Part shown: positions 40,990 through 52,457 of the stretch, one piece after another | How the letters are laid out: the number at the start of each line of letters is the position of its first letter | Position numbering within the stretch: the first letter of the stretch is position 1 | Source of the DNA: Eledone cirrhosa | Lineage: Eukaryota | Assembly (NCBI GenBank): GCA_964016885.1 | Contig: CAXHJY010000065.1 | Location: 31,164 to 95,163, forward strand | Reading direction: 5' to 3' | Length of the DNA stretch: 64,000 nucleotides | Program-made: the position numbers and the translations under genes | The notes under the pieces: model-generated | Databases searched by the model: none | What the model was told of the DNA's origin: nothing | Seen by the model: the letters and a program-made list of their open reading frames with translations, nothing else

Positions 40990-43900
40990 GACGTAAGATC
41001 TGTAAGCCGTAGTGTAGGCAACCTGTCTAGGAGAGCTACCACTCCGAATAAATTGGTGCGGGGTAGAGGAGTCCCTTAGTCCAGTAAGACAACTTCCCTA
41101 GTGTTGGTGGCACGAATAAAAGCACCCAGTCCATGCTGTAAAATGGAGGGGTGGATAGGGCTCCTGAATCCAGTAAGATGACCTCTCTAGTGCTGGTGGC
41201 ACAAATAAAAGCACCTCGTCCATGCTGTAAAATGGAGGGGTAAAGAGGGCCCCTGAGTTCAATAAGACAACCTCTCTAATGCTGGTGGCATCCAATCCAT
41301 GCTGTAAAGTGGTGCTGGTGTTAGGAAGGGCATCCAACCAGTATATATATTACTGCCAAACACTATGAATGCAACAAATGAAATTTGCAACAACTGCGTA
41401 AACAGCAATAACACTAACCATGTTAGGGCTGTGCATGGTAGTGGGGTGGCTGGTGCGGCCATGTGTAAGAACCCCACGACCATCATGAAGCAATCGCACA
41501 ACAGGAAAAAGAGTGAGATGTCACATCTCAGAGTTGCCACAATTAATGTTGACACTCTAACAGGTAGATCTGGTGAGATAGCGGAGATGCTGGAGAGAAG
41601 GCATGTGGATGTGTGCTGTGTGCAAGAGGTGAGATGGAGAGGTGCCGCTGCAAGACTAATCGCAGGCAAACATCGTAGTTATAAGCATTTCTGGGTGGGT
41701 AATGATGATGGGTTAGGTGGGATGGGCATATTACTGGCTGAGAGATGGATAAATAAGACAATAGAGGTAGTTAGAATTAGTGATAGAATAATTAAGCTTA
41801 GATTAGTTGTAGGCAGGAGACTACTGACAATCATCTCTGCCTATGCTCCCCAGGAAGGCCTAGGTAAAGAAGAGAGCAACTTTTACAAACTTCCTCAATG
41901 ACTGAGGACAGAGACATTGTTATGCTAGCAGGGGACTTCAATGGACATGTTGGACAGCTCCAGGATGGATACACTGGGGTACATGGTGGGCACGGTTATG
42001 GCTCAAGAAACGAAGAAGTGAGGCTTCTTGAATATGTGATGCAAGTGCATTAACCATTTGCAACACTAACTTCCAAAAACCTGCCAACCACCTAATAACC
42101 TACAAATTAGGCGAGCGCATAAGCCAGATTGACTTCCTGCTAGTTAGACAGCGAGACAGACAGATGGTGTCAAATACTAAGGCATACCCCTGGGAAGAAT
42201 GTACCCCACAGCATAGGTTAGTCATTAGTGACATCTCAGTAAGCATGAGAAAGAATGAGATATACAGGAAGGTGCAGAAAAGAAATGTCTGGAAGCTAAA
42301 AGACCTTTCATTAAAATATAAATTTAACAAAGCCCTTCAAGATGTGTATGACGAAAAAGAAGACGATTTAGAGTTGTATGACATAGATGATAACTGGAAT
42401 TTCTTGCATGACAACTTACTGCAGGCTACTGAAGAAACTTGTGGTTGGGGCAGAGCTTCAACCAAACAGAGAGTGACCTGGTGGTGGAACAGCACGGTAG
42501 ATAGGGCCATTAGAGACAAAAGACTGTCATGGAAGGCTTGGAAAAATGGTAGGAGTAGGGAAGGATACACAGCCACTAAGAGAGAAGCTAAACATCAGGT
42601 GTACTTAGCACGCAGGGAGGCTGAGAGTAGGAGGTTTGCCAATGTTCTGTGATGGGAAGATCAGAAACGTGTGGTGTTCCGCATTGCAAGGCAGTGTGTC
42701 AGTGAAAATCAGGATGTTGTTGGAGATAAGTGTGTCTGGAATGATGCCGGTGTACTTAGTCTCAGGAATGATAAAAAAAAAGGAGGCTTGGAAATGTCAC
42801 TATGAGAGACTGATGAATGTGGAGAACGAATAGGACAGAGAGAAATTACCCCCAGTAGACCCGACAGAGGGACCAGCTATTGAGATTGATGAATATAGGG
42901 TACAAGAGGCAATTAAGGAAATGAAGAATGGTAAGGCTGCTAGGCCATTGGGGATAGTTGCTGAGATGCTGAAGGCATCAGGAGAAGTAGGCACTAAACT
43001 GGTTGCACGCATCATCAATCAAGCTATATATGGTGGTGTCATACCCAAAGAATGGTGCAGCAGTATTCTCATAAATTGCTACAAAGGTAAAAGGGATGCT
43101 CTAGAGAGGAGCAATTATAGGGACATAAAGCTGATGAATCAGGTTATGAAAGTGGCAGAGAGAATATTGGTGCAACTAATTAGAGAAAGGGTCAAATTAG
43201 ATGAGATGCAGTTTGGTTTTGTGCCCCGGAAAAGTACAACACATGCCCTCTTCTTAGTGAGGCAACTACAAGAGAAGTTCTTAGAGAAGAATAAGCCACT
43301 ATACCTAGCTTTTGTTGACCTAGAGAAGGCCTTTGATAGGGTACCCCGATCTGTCATCTGGTGGTCCCTAAGGAAACTAGGTGTAGAAGAATGGCTTGTG
43401 AGGACAGTGCAAGCTTTGTACAGAGGTGCTGTCGGTAAAGTGAGGGTAGGAATAGAGTATAGTGGGGAATTCCAGATTCAAGTAGGTGTACATCAGGGTT
43501 CGGTCCTCAGTCCGCCTTTGTTCATTATAGTCCTCCAAGCCATAACAGAGGAGTTTAAGACTGGATGCCCATGGGAACCTCTCTATGCTGATGATCTTGT
43601 TCTTGTAGCAGATTCAGTAGAGGAACTAGAGAATAAATTCTGGCTTTGGAAACAGCAGTTGGAATCAAGAGGTCTAAGAGTGAACATAGCTAAGACAAAA
43701 GTGTTGATAAGTAGAAGAGAGGACAATATTCTGATTCCATCAGGGAAATGGCTATGTTAGATATGTAGGAAAGGAACTGGCATAAATTCCATAAAATGTA
43801 CGCAATGCAGATCTTGGGTACACAAGAGATGTAGTGGGATCGCAGGCAAACTAAGAGGTAGGGAAAACTACGTATGCAGTAGATGTACAGGGAAAGTTGG

Positions 43901-44583
43901 CAGTAGTATTAGTGATAGACACATTTTTTCCAATGCAGGTGGGTTCTATAGAAGTGGTTGATAGCTTCCGGTACCTAGGTGATCAGATAGCATGGGAGGG
44001 GGATGTTCCGAGGCCATAGTATCTAGAACAAGGATGGGTTGGAAGAAGTTTAGGGAGCTGCTTCCTCTGTTGACAAAGAAGGGTTTCTCCCTGCGTACGA
44101 AAAGATATTTATATGATGCCTGTGTGAGATGCGTGATGCTGCATGGTAATGAGACATGGGCAGCAACTGCAGAGGACATGCGACGGCTGGAGAGAAATGA
44201 AGCAAGTATGCTCCGTTGGATGTGCAATGTCAATGTGCATGAACGACCAAGCATAGACGAGTTGAGAAAGAAACTGAGTATAAGAGGGATAAGTTGTGGT
44301 GTGCAGGAGAGAAGGCCGAGATGGTATCGACATGTGATCTGCATGGAGGATGACTGCTGGGTAAAGAAGTGTCAAGGAATCCCAGTAGAAGGAAGACACA
44401 GTAGAGGTAGACCACAAAAAAACATGGGCGGAGGTGGTGAAAGCAGACCTCAGATTGCTGAAACTCACCAATGAGATGAGGAAGGACCGTGACAAGTGGA
44501 GAGATGCTGTGCTGAATAGGACCCGTCCAACCCTTGTAAGCAGGGAAAAGCAGACGTAAAATGACGATGATGATGATGATGAT
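40990..44583 (+). mobile_element. Near-full-length RTE LINE; single ORF (APE-RT-PHD insert) now disrupted
   Basis: ORFs 41365-41901 (VATINV, CVQEVRW, ISAYAPQ), 42164-42652, 42921-43760 (FVDLEKAFD, HQGSVLSP, LYADD) and 43992-44474; 3' end ...gacgtaaaatgacgatgatgat. Confidence 0.95.
41081..41345 (+). repeat. ~90-bp tandem monomers in the RTE 5' UTR
   Basis: ccagtaagac...gtggcac..ataaaagcacc..tccatgctgtaaaatggagggg twice plus a partial copy, followed by the ggtgttaggaagggcatcca box. Confidence 0.8.
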
Positions 44584-44689
44584 ATGAAATTGTATGTATA
44601 TGTACGTGTATGCATGTATGGGTGCGTATATATATATATATGTGCGAAAAAAATATGTCTGTATATATATATATATATACATACACAAA

Positions 44690-45285
44690 GGCTAAGGGGT
44701 CATCTCACCCAGTGATTTTGGATGGCCATTGACTCTTAAGAGCTCCTTTGCCCTTTGACAGGTTTTGTTTTTAGTCCTGCAGGATGTCCAAAGTCACCCT
44801 CCTCACCAAGAAACCTTGGTGGGATTGCCAGTTTAGTCGCCAACGACCCGACCATGAGACAGGTTGTACTGGGATACATGTTACCAGTAGCACCTTTGTC
44901 AAGGCAGAATTCTAAGAGAAGGAAAATTCTGATATAACACCTGCAACCCTGATGGTATCCAATGATGTTGACTTGTTCTTCTTTTTGGTAAATATCATCT
45001 TGGTTAAGAGAGTGGGACTGGCTTTGTGCAGTGCCTTTGCTCACTATAAAAGCTTCACAGCACAGGCATTGCTTTATATCTGGAGATCTCTCTGCACTTG
45101 TCGTCACATGGTACCATGGGCCCAGCACTATGTGTCAATAATTGTCACAAGTGTAGTGTTTGTACCAGAGTTTTTAAGTCGCTGGCTGGACTAAAAAGTC
45201 ACACTCGTTCAGCGCATCAGTAGGGGTTCTCCTACATGGATATAAAGTAGTGGCCGTACTCGAAAACGAGTTGGCAGCCACCATA
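44690..45285 (+). mobile_element. Putative bipartite non-autonomous RTE-derived element with a terminal C2H2 finger
   Basis: 45152-45217 encodes CSVCTRVFKSLAGLKSHTRSAH; the 3' stem-loop ggccgtactcgaaaacgag and a 5' block are shared with the reverse of 49020-49200. Confidence 0.5.
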
Positions 45286-45304
45286 TACATACACACATAT
45301 ATAT

Positions 45305-46101
45305 ATCTATCTATCTAAGGCGGGTAAAATTCCCGAGATCCGTGGACGAGTTCTCTCCAGCGGTCTCTGTCCCTCATTATCGCTGCCATATCCTGCATCT
45401 CCAACAGACCAGTGTCTGTCCTTAGGGCATCAACATATGTTAACCTTGGTCTTCCTCTTCTAGTGTGTCCATGTAGGGGCTCCCAAAGGAGCACTGAGTG
45501 CAATGTCAACTCTGGATGTCGGTGAGCATGTCCAGCCAACCTCAGTCTCCTCTGTGTCACTTTTGAGCTGACTTTTGGGATGCTCCCATACAGCTCTGAG
45601 TTTTTCATCCTCAGTGTATACTGATTAATGTTCATAGTTTTGGTGACAAATGGTGACGACATAGTTTTGGTGACAAATACAGTGAAGGAGGCAGAGGATT
45701 TGATGCGGGAGGTTGAGACTGTGTCGATGAGTGTGGGGCTGAGAATGAATGAGACTAAAACAAAATATCTGGTGGAGAATGTTGAGAAGCCAGAGGGGAT
45801 CACTAATGTAGGCGGGAAGCCGCTGGAATTGGTTGAGGACTTCCTGTATTTGGGAGCAAAGATTGGGAATACGGAAGATGATGTGGTTGGGAGGAAGAGC
45901 AAGGCCTGGGCGGCGTGTCACAGCTTGAGATCGGTGTGGAGGTCGGACCTTCGTAGAGACCTGAAAATCCGCCTCTTCATTGCTGTAGTGGAGTCTGTGC
46001 TGCTGTATGGGTCTGAGACTTGGACACTGACCAAGAGACTCACTCAGATGGTGGATGGGTGCTACACGAGAATGCTGAGGATGGCTCTGAACATTAATCA
46101 G

Positions 46102-46105
<4 letters not shown>
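45305..46105 (-). mobile_element. Second RTE-like family, 5'-inverted (twin-primed) insertion in (TA)n
   Basis: 45305-45635 is the sense 3' end on minus (RLRLAGHAHRH...EFYPP* then (ATAG)n); 45650-46105 is on plus (DDIVL...FLYLG...LLYGSETW). Confidence 0.85.
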
Positions 46106-46134
<29 letters not shown>

Positions 46135-46768
46135 ATGTGATCGTGTATGTGTATATATGTGGGTATCTTATGTGTACGTGGGTGCCTATGTCTATGTATG
46201 AATGTAAAAATATATATGAAAGGTGAATATATGTATGTACATGTGTGAACGCAAACATGCAGGTGTGTGTGTGTGTGTGTATGTATGTCCGCAGAGATAA
46301 GTGCGCAATTAATGGCTAGGAATGTCTATGTATGTGTGACCACATGTGTGTGGAGGGACGGACAGGACCGGAAGTGGCAAGAGAGGTCATTAAACCTCTC
46401 ATACACTTAGCAGTAATTTCTGGCGAAGGGATTAGGGTGAGTGACAGCTCATGCCCGAATGGAAATGGTCAGTGGGCAAATTTGATTGGCTATACGCTAA
46501 GATGTTGTCCCAAACTACCAACCAATCGCAATATAGCACAAACAGGATAAAGGCAGACAATAGAAAGTCAAAGGGCAGAGTCCAGCAGAAAGAAGATTTG
46601 CTTTGAAATCACTAAACGTATCTGAGGAACTTGCGAATCCAGAGTCAGGTTCGATCCACAAACAGATCGCACCTTGAGCTGTTCGCCGGAGAAACATTTG
46701 TAATACGTAATAAATTTTTGTTCCGATGCACCACTGATTCTTCGTTTAGCATATATATATATATTTAT

Positions 46769-46800
<32 letters not shown>

Positions 46801-46822
46801 GTAAGTATATATATATATATAA

Positions 46823-47421
46823 AATTTTCGCTCTACATGGCTGAATGTAATCTCAGTTTTTCGAATATTAATAATAACATTTGATTTATTTACAATTATG
46901 CAAACAAGCCTCATTTTTAACGCCATGTCAGTAGAATGAACTCTTCATTTTTGCTCTTGTGTTGGCATGTAAACAGAACTGCAGACACTAATGTTTCTGG
47001 GTATCACCCTTCATCAGTACAGCTCATTGTTCACCTGCCAACTGTCAGAGCTAGTGAAAATATATGCTATTTTCTAAAATATACAGTGACTGATCGGCCT
47101 GATTTGCATATTAGCAGACTGGCTGATCAGTGAGATCTGCATATTAGCAGATCCACTGATCAGCCAGATTTGCATATCAGCAGACTGGCCAGTCAGTTTC
47201 CTGTATACGAGTGATAAATGGCCAGCTTTGCCACATTCAAATAAAAGAGAATTTTTCACTCTACATGCCTGAATACAATAAATGTAATCTGAGTTTTTCG
47301 AATATTAATAACAACATTCGATTCATTTGCAATTATGCAAATAAGCCTCATTTTTAAAGCCATGCCAGTAGAATGAACGGTTCATTCTTGCTTTGGTGTT
47401 GGCATGTAACCAGAACTGCAG
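46823..47421. repeat. Diverged ~160-bp direct repeat pair
   Basis: 46823-46984 resembles 47251-47421 (ctctacatg.ctgaat...cagaactgcag). Confidence 0.85.
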
Positions 47422-47775
47422 TTCATATTTCTTCATGTGAACTTCATGTTATAAATTCAGTAAAGAAATATGTAATACTTGTTTGCATCGATTCTCCAGA
47501 ATATTTCACAATATTTATAATTTATAGAAAATACTGCACTATGGTCTGTATCAGTTCCCTATCTACAATATATATTTTTGATTGTCTTTAAAAGTTCTTA
47601 AATTTATACATAGAAATATTTATTATTATCAAATTTATACATAGAAATGCTTATTATTATCAAAATTTATACATAAAAATATTTATCTATTTATTATTAT
47701 CAAAACCATATTTACTATATGGTGCTCTGAAATCTCATAGAAATTTTTACTTATATTATAATTATTATTATATTA

Positions 47776-47890
47776 TAAGGATGAAAGGCAAGGTTGACTT
47801 TGCCTTTCATCCTTACGGGGTTGATAAAATAAAATACCAGTAATGCACTGGGTAATTGCTGGCCTTGTGCCTAAAGTAGAAACAATTATA
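47776..47890 (+). mobile_element. Truncated SINE with 5' foldback
   Basis: taaggatgaaaggcaaggttgactttgcctttcatcctta hairpin followed by the normal SINE 3' part. Confidence 0.8.
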
Positions 47891-48855
47891 TTATAATTAT
47901 AATATAAGTAAAATTATTAGATAAAACAATATATTGTAAAATTATTAAATAAAACAATATATTTTAAAATAATATACTTTCCTTAAATTACTAAACACCA
48001 CAGTTATCTTCCCCTTAAAAATGTTAGTTAACAATTCACATATACAATACATTCAAATTTACATAAATGTTTAAATTTATATCACTAACCTTATACAATA
48101 ATAGATTATGCCTAATACTATACATCTTTACTTTAAAAAAATATAATTACTTTCACATTTTTAAAGTATATATAAAAAATGCATATATATTATCGCTTGA
48201 TATATCTTACGTCTATATATATATATATATATCTTACGCTCATTTATAATTCTATGTCTATATATACACTTAAATAAGATCTATATTCACGCATAATCAT
48301 TTATGTTCCAAATAATTTTTTTTAATAACAATATTCAATAATGTCTTATACTGTAATACATTATATTTATAACTGCACTCATCAAAAAATATATCCCCTC
48401 GTATATCTAAATACAGGTTATCTTTCACATATTATATTGTTGTAATTGCTTTAATAAATTAATAGTTCTCAATTTAATACAATACAATAAAATTCTCACT
48501 AAATATTATAAATACTTCCATATTCTTAAAATATAATAACAAAATAAATAAATAAATAAATATAATTATATCATTCTTTCTATACCCATGTAAATATGTT
48601 TGGGTGTATATATGCATATTTCTATAAATAATACTAAAATAACTTTACAATATATACTTTTTTAAAAATTTAATTGCAAACCCTTTAAAATTTTTTAGAT
48701 AAATGTTTAAAATCTATCTAGCATCTAAACTTAACGGACTTTTTCAGTTTTAACGTTATCCTCAATAGCATATTTCCCCTTTTGAACAATTATATTCACT
48801 ATCTTCACTGAATTTATAACATGAAGATATGTCACTATCTTTACGCCAATTATTA

Positions 48856-48916
48856 TATTTTATCTGACGAAAGCATACTAAAATATTAGTACACTTGAAA
48901 TACGTATAATAAAATA
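48856..48916 (+). ncRNA. Type I hammerhead ribozyme motif
   Basis: tattttat CTGACGA aag ca tactaa aata ttagta ca ctt GAAA tacgta T A ataaaata; predicted cleavage after A48908. Confidence 0.8.
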
Positions 48917-48957
48917 AAACTGGTTTTATAAAAATATTTTCCATTTATTAATACTAT

Positions 48958-49008
<51 letters not shown>

Positions 49009-49019
49009 CATATATATAT

Positions 49020-49200
49020 ATATGATGGCTGCCCCCTCGTTATCGAGTATGGCCATTGCACGATATACCATTATTAATAATTATTAATTAATTCTATCGT
49101 GCAATACCTGTGCGTGAAGATATTTTTTAAAGTGAGGAAAGACTGTGCACTGAGCCAATCCCACTCTCTGAGTGACAGTAGCTATAACCCGAAAAGAAGA
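49020..49200 (-). mobile_element. Short RTE-derived non-autonomous element
   Basis: Shares agagtgggattggc..gtgca..ctttcctcactttaaaaa and the 3' ggccatactcgataacgag.gggcagcca with 45010-45285. Confidence 0.5.
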
Positions 49201-49317
49201 AAAGGTCAACATATATATATATATATACATACATATATTATTTTTCTCCCCCCCCCCCCCCTCTAATGTCTTTCCACCACTCCCGTTCACACCCTCGGAA
49301 CTCTTTTCTTGCCCACT

Positions 49318-49358
49318 TTTCTCCTGATGAAGGGCTTATGCCCGAAACGTCGTCCTCC
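49318..49358 (+). ncRNA. Minimal Penelope-type hammerhead-like motif (stem I degraded)
   Basis: CTGATGA a gggc ttat gccc GAAAcgTC; palindromic ACGT stem III; only 1 bp of stem I. Confidence 0.55.
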
Positions 49359-49482
49359 AACCCCCACTCTCAAGCGGGAAACTAATATTAACATTTGTAC
49401 TGCCTCTTCGCTTCCACATTGTTTTTTTGTTTTTTGTTTTCTGTCTCAACTATAAAATATATATACATATCACACATATATA

Positions 49483-50577
49483 TCTACTATATAAATTGGA
49501 AGTGGTCGGACGTTGTATATTTAAGTAAGTAACTAAGTGTAGTCGGATAAACGTCGAAACGGCTTGGTGGAATGCATCGAACATTTACACAGTTATGCAG
49601 AATGACCCGAGGAGGCGTTGGGTCGACTTTTAGGGTAGAAGCTTCCATGGTTACGGAGAAAATTGATGAAACAGGAATTTCCCATTCAAATTGAACTGAG
49701 AGTAATCTGTGAACGCGGAAGTAAATATTTCGAGAAACATTCCAACCGAACGAAAACAGGAAGACAATATTTTGGTTCGTGAAAACGCAATGAACGGAAA
49801 AAAAAGCGAGGATAATATGTCGTTATATGTAGTTATATGGAGCGAGAGGAACAATTTCATGCAAAGACAAGACCAAGTTTATGGTATAAATGGAGTCGTT
49901 AGACTAATATTCAATTTAAAATAACCGAAGGATTTCCAGCCCCGGAGTTTAAGAATGATGTAAATAAAATTGAAAACGAAAATGACAGCGGTTATTAAAA
50001 TAATAAAAGTAAATAGTGAAGATTTAGGCCAGTACATACGTATGCCCCGACGGACATACACATACATACGCACACACAAATACATATCCCCCCCCCCCAT
50101 GCACACACACAAACACACACACACACACACGAGCGCGCGCGTGTATAAACCTTATACATTTCTACAGTATTTTCACCAAACTTAAGACATAGGTTACTTA
50201 TGTACTCCGGATGGTCATGGGCACTTTCCTTTTTCCAGATATTGATTATAGGGCCTCCCGGTAGATAACCCCCTTTAACCACTTCCTTGGAGTCGACTTA
50301 AGCACTGCAGTGCAATGCAACAAAACGTCATAACTTCTGGAGTTCGCAACCGATTTTCACAAAACTTGACACATGGGCTACGTTTGCCCTACAGATGAAT
50401 GTGAACTCTCAGAATTGGCACATATTGAGTAGAGGACACCTGGGGGCAGGAACCCCCTTTTGGAAAAAGCCGATGATATTGTAAAAGTATAGTTTTCGAA
50501 GCAGCACTGAAGTATTGACATAAATGGTATACACAACTGCTATTTAATACCCGAGCAACGCCGGGTACCTCTGCTAG
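49483..50577 (+). mobile_element. Non-autonomous Helitron
   Basis: Inserted between A and T; 5' TCTACTATATAAA; 3' hairpin tacccgagcaacgccgggta (50548-50567) then CTAG at 50574-50577. Confidence 0.8.
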
Positions 50578-50660
50578 TGTATATATATATATATATATAT
50601 AATTGGTTATGCACGAGTGCATTAAGGTTTTCCAGGACACAGTGTTATGTACCGTGTAGG

Positions 50661-50694
<34 letters not shown>

Positions 50695-50695
<1 letters not shown>

Positions 50696-51610
50696 AAATT
50701 CCAAACATGGAAGCATGGCTTAGAATCAAAAGGCATTAAAGTTAACTTGTCTCAGACTAAAGTTCTAGTATGTAGAAAGGAAAATAGGGCACAGGTGCAC
50801 TCTGAGAAATGGTCATGCTCAGTGTGTAGGAAAGGAGTAGCTAGAAATTCTATTTTATGTCCCAAATGCAAACTATCTATCTAAGGCGGGTAAAATTCCC
50901 GAGATCCATGGACGAGTTGTCTCCAGCGGTCTCTGTCCCTCATTATCGCTGCCATGTCCTGCATCTCCAACAGACCAGTGTCTGTCCTTAGGGCATCAAC
51001 ATACGTTAACCTTGGTCTTCCTCTTCTAGTGTGTCCATGTAGGGGCTCCCAAAGGAGTACTGAGTGCAATGTCAACTCTGGATGCAAACTATGGGTACAT
51101 AAAAGATGTAGTGGGATCACAGGTAAGCTATCTAAGAATGTAGATTTTATATTTGGCCGATGCTCAGGTGAAATAAGTAGCAAGTGCCCACAGGATACTA
51201 GCTCCTTCTATTGACCAGATAGTTCTATAGAAATAGTGGACCCTTTCCATTACCTGGGTGACAAAATCAGCAGTGATGGAGGCTGCCAGAGTCAGAACGG
51301 GATGGGAAAAGTTCAGAGAGCTATTACCACTGTTGGCCACAAAAGGTTTCTCTCTAAAAATGAAAGGCAGATTGTATGATGCCTGTATACGAACAGCAAT
51401 GCTACATAGCAATGAAACATGGGCATTACGTGCAGAGGACCTGCGTAGACTGGAAAGGAACGACGCATGCATGCACCGTTGGATGTGTAATAGTAATATA
51501 CGCGAACGGCAAAATATAAATGAACTAAGTGAGAAATTAGGAATAAGAGGGATCAGATACTGTTTACTTGAGAGAAGACTACGTTGGCATGGTCATGTAA
51601 TGCGCATAAA
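50695..51610 (+). mobile_element. RTE fragment (PHD insert + RT C-terminus)
   Basis: WKHGLESKGIKVNLSQTKVL...CSVCRKG...CPKC | LWVHKRC...; ORF 51258-51623. Confidence 0.85.
50877..51081 (-). mobile_element. 3' fragment of the second RTE-like family nested in the PHD region, 11-bp TSD
   Basis: atgcaaactat at 50866-50876 and 51082-51092; near-identical to 45310-45516. Confidence 0.9.
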
Positions 51611-52123
51611 ACGCTTGTTGTAAATGTTTATCAAATGTCCCGCCATCCCTAGCCCATAAATATCATACATACATCCAGCAATTAATCTGTAATTTATTGT
51701 CTCTTTTATCGGACCCTCTACACGTACCTATGTACATCTCAAATCTAGCTTCCCACCAACGAATCCTTATAAGAACACTTACTCAAAACTACTACTATGT
51801 ACTTACACGATCTCACTTATTTATTTATCTCTTTATATTTTCCATTCTCTTATTTTCTTACTTTTTATGTACCCTATCTTATATTCTACTTTTACTTTTT
51901 ACATCTGTAACTTCTCTACCTATTTACCATACATGTATATTATTGATGTTATGTTTATATTATACGCTATTTTATTATTGATGTTATTGTTTTAATTATA
52001 CGCTATTCTCTATATAAGTCTTGCCTTGAGTGAATTATTTTCATATCTACATGCTCTGATGTGTTGACCATAGGTGACTAATGTATTGGAGATCGAATAA
52101 CGCAACGAAAAAATTGTCAGTAC

Positions 52124-52378
52124 TGTGGGTATGGTGTGGCGTGCGGTGGCTGGAGGCGGGGGAGTGCTCGACCGGAAGGGTGCTTGGCCGGAAGGATGCT
52201 CGACCGGGAGGGCCAGCAGAGGGCCTCTCTCTAGTGGTGACCAGCAAACGGTGTGGACGCGAGTTTTGGGCAGCTCCCGGTGTTAAGCAGTTGGACGCAC
52301 GTGGAAGAGGAGTAACTTGTAGTGGAGTTTAGCGGCGCCTATGAAAAGCGGTAAGTGAGATAGCTTTTTCTAACCACA
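52124..52378 (+). repeat. 5' LTR (255 bp)
   Basis: Matches 56021-56258 except one extra 16-bp unit, a 1-bp indel and about 6 substitutions. Confidence 0.95.
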
Positions 52379-52457
52379 AGCTATTTCGGCGACTGGAAAA
52401 AAAACAAAAAAAAAAACACTTGCCGCAAGACAAATCAGAAGATGGCAACAAGACCGG

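Noticed and set aside
41081-41345. CRISPR-like or satellite array
   Set aside because: No unique spacers; these are LINE 5' UTR monomers in eukaryotic DNA
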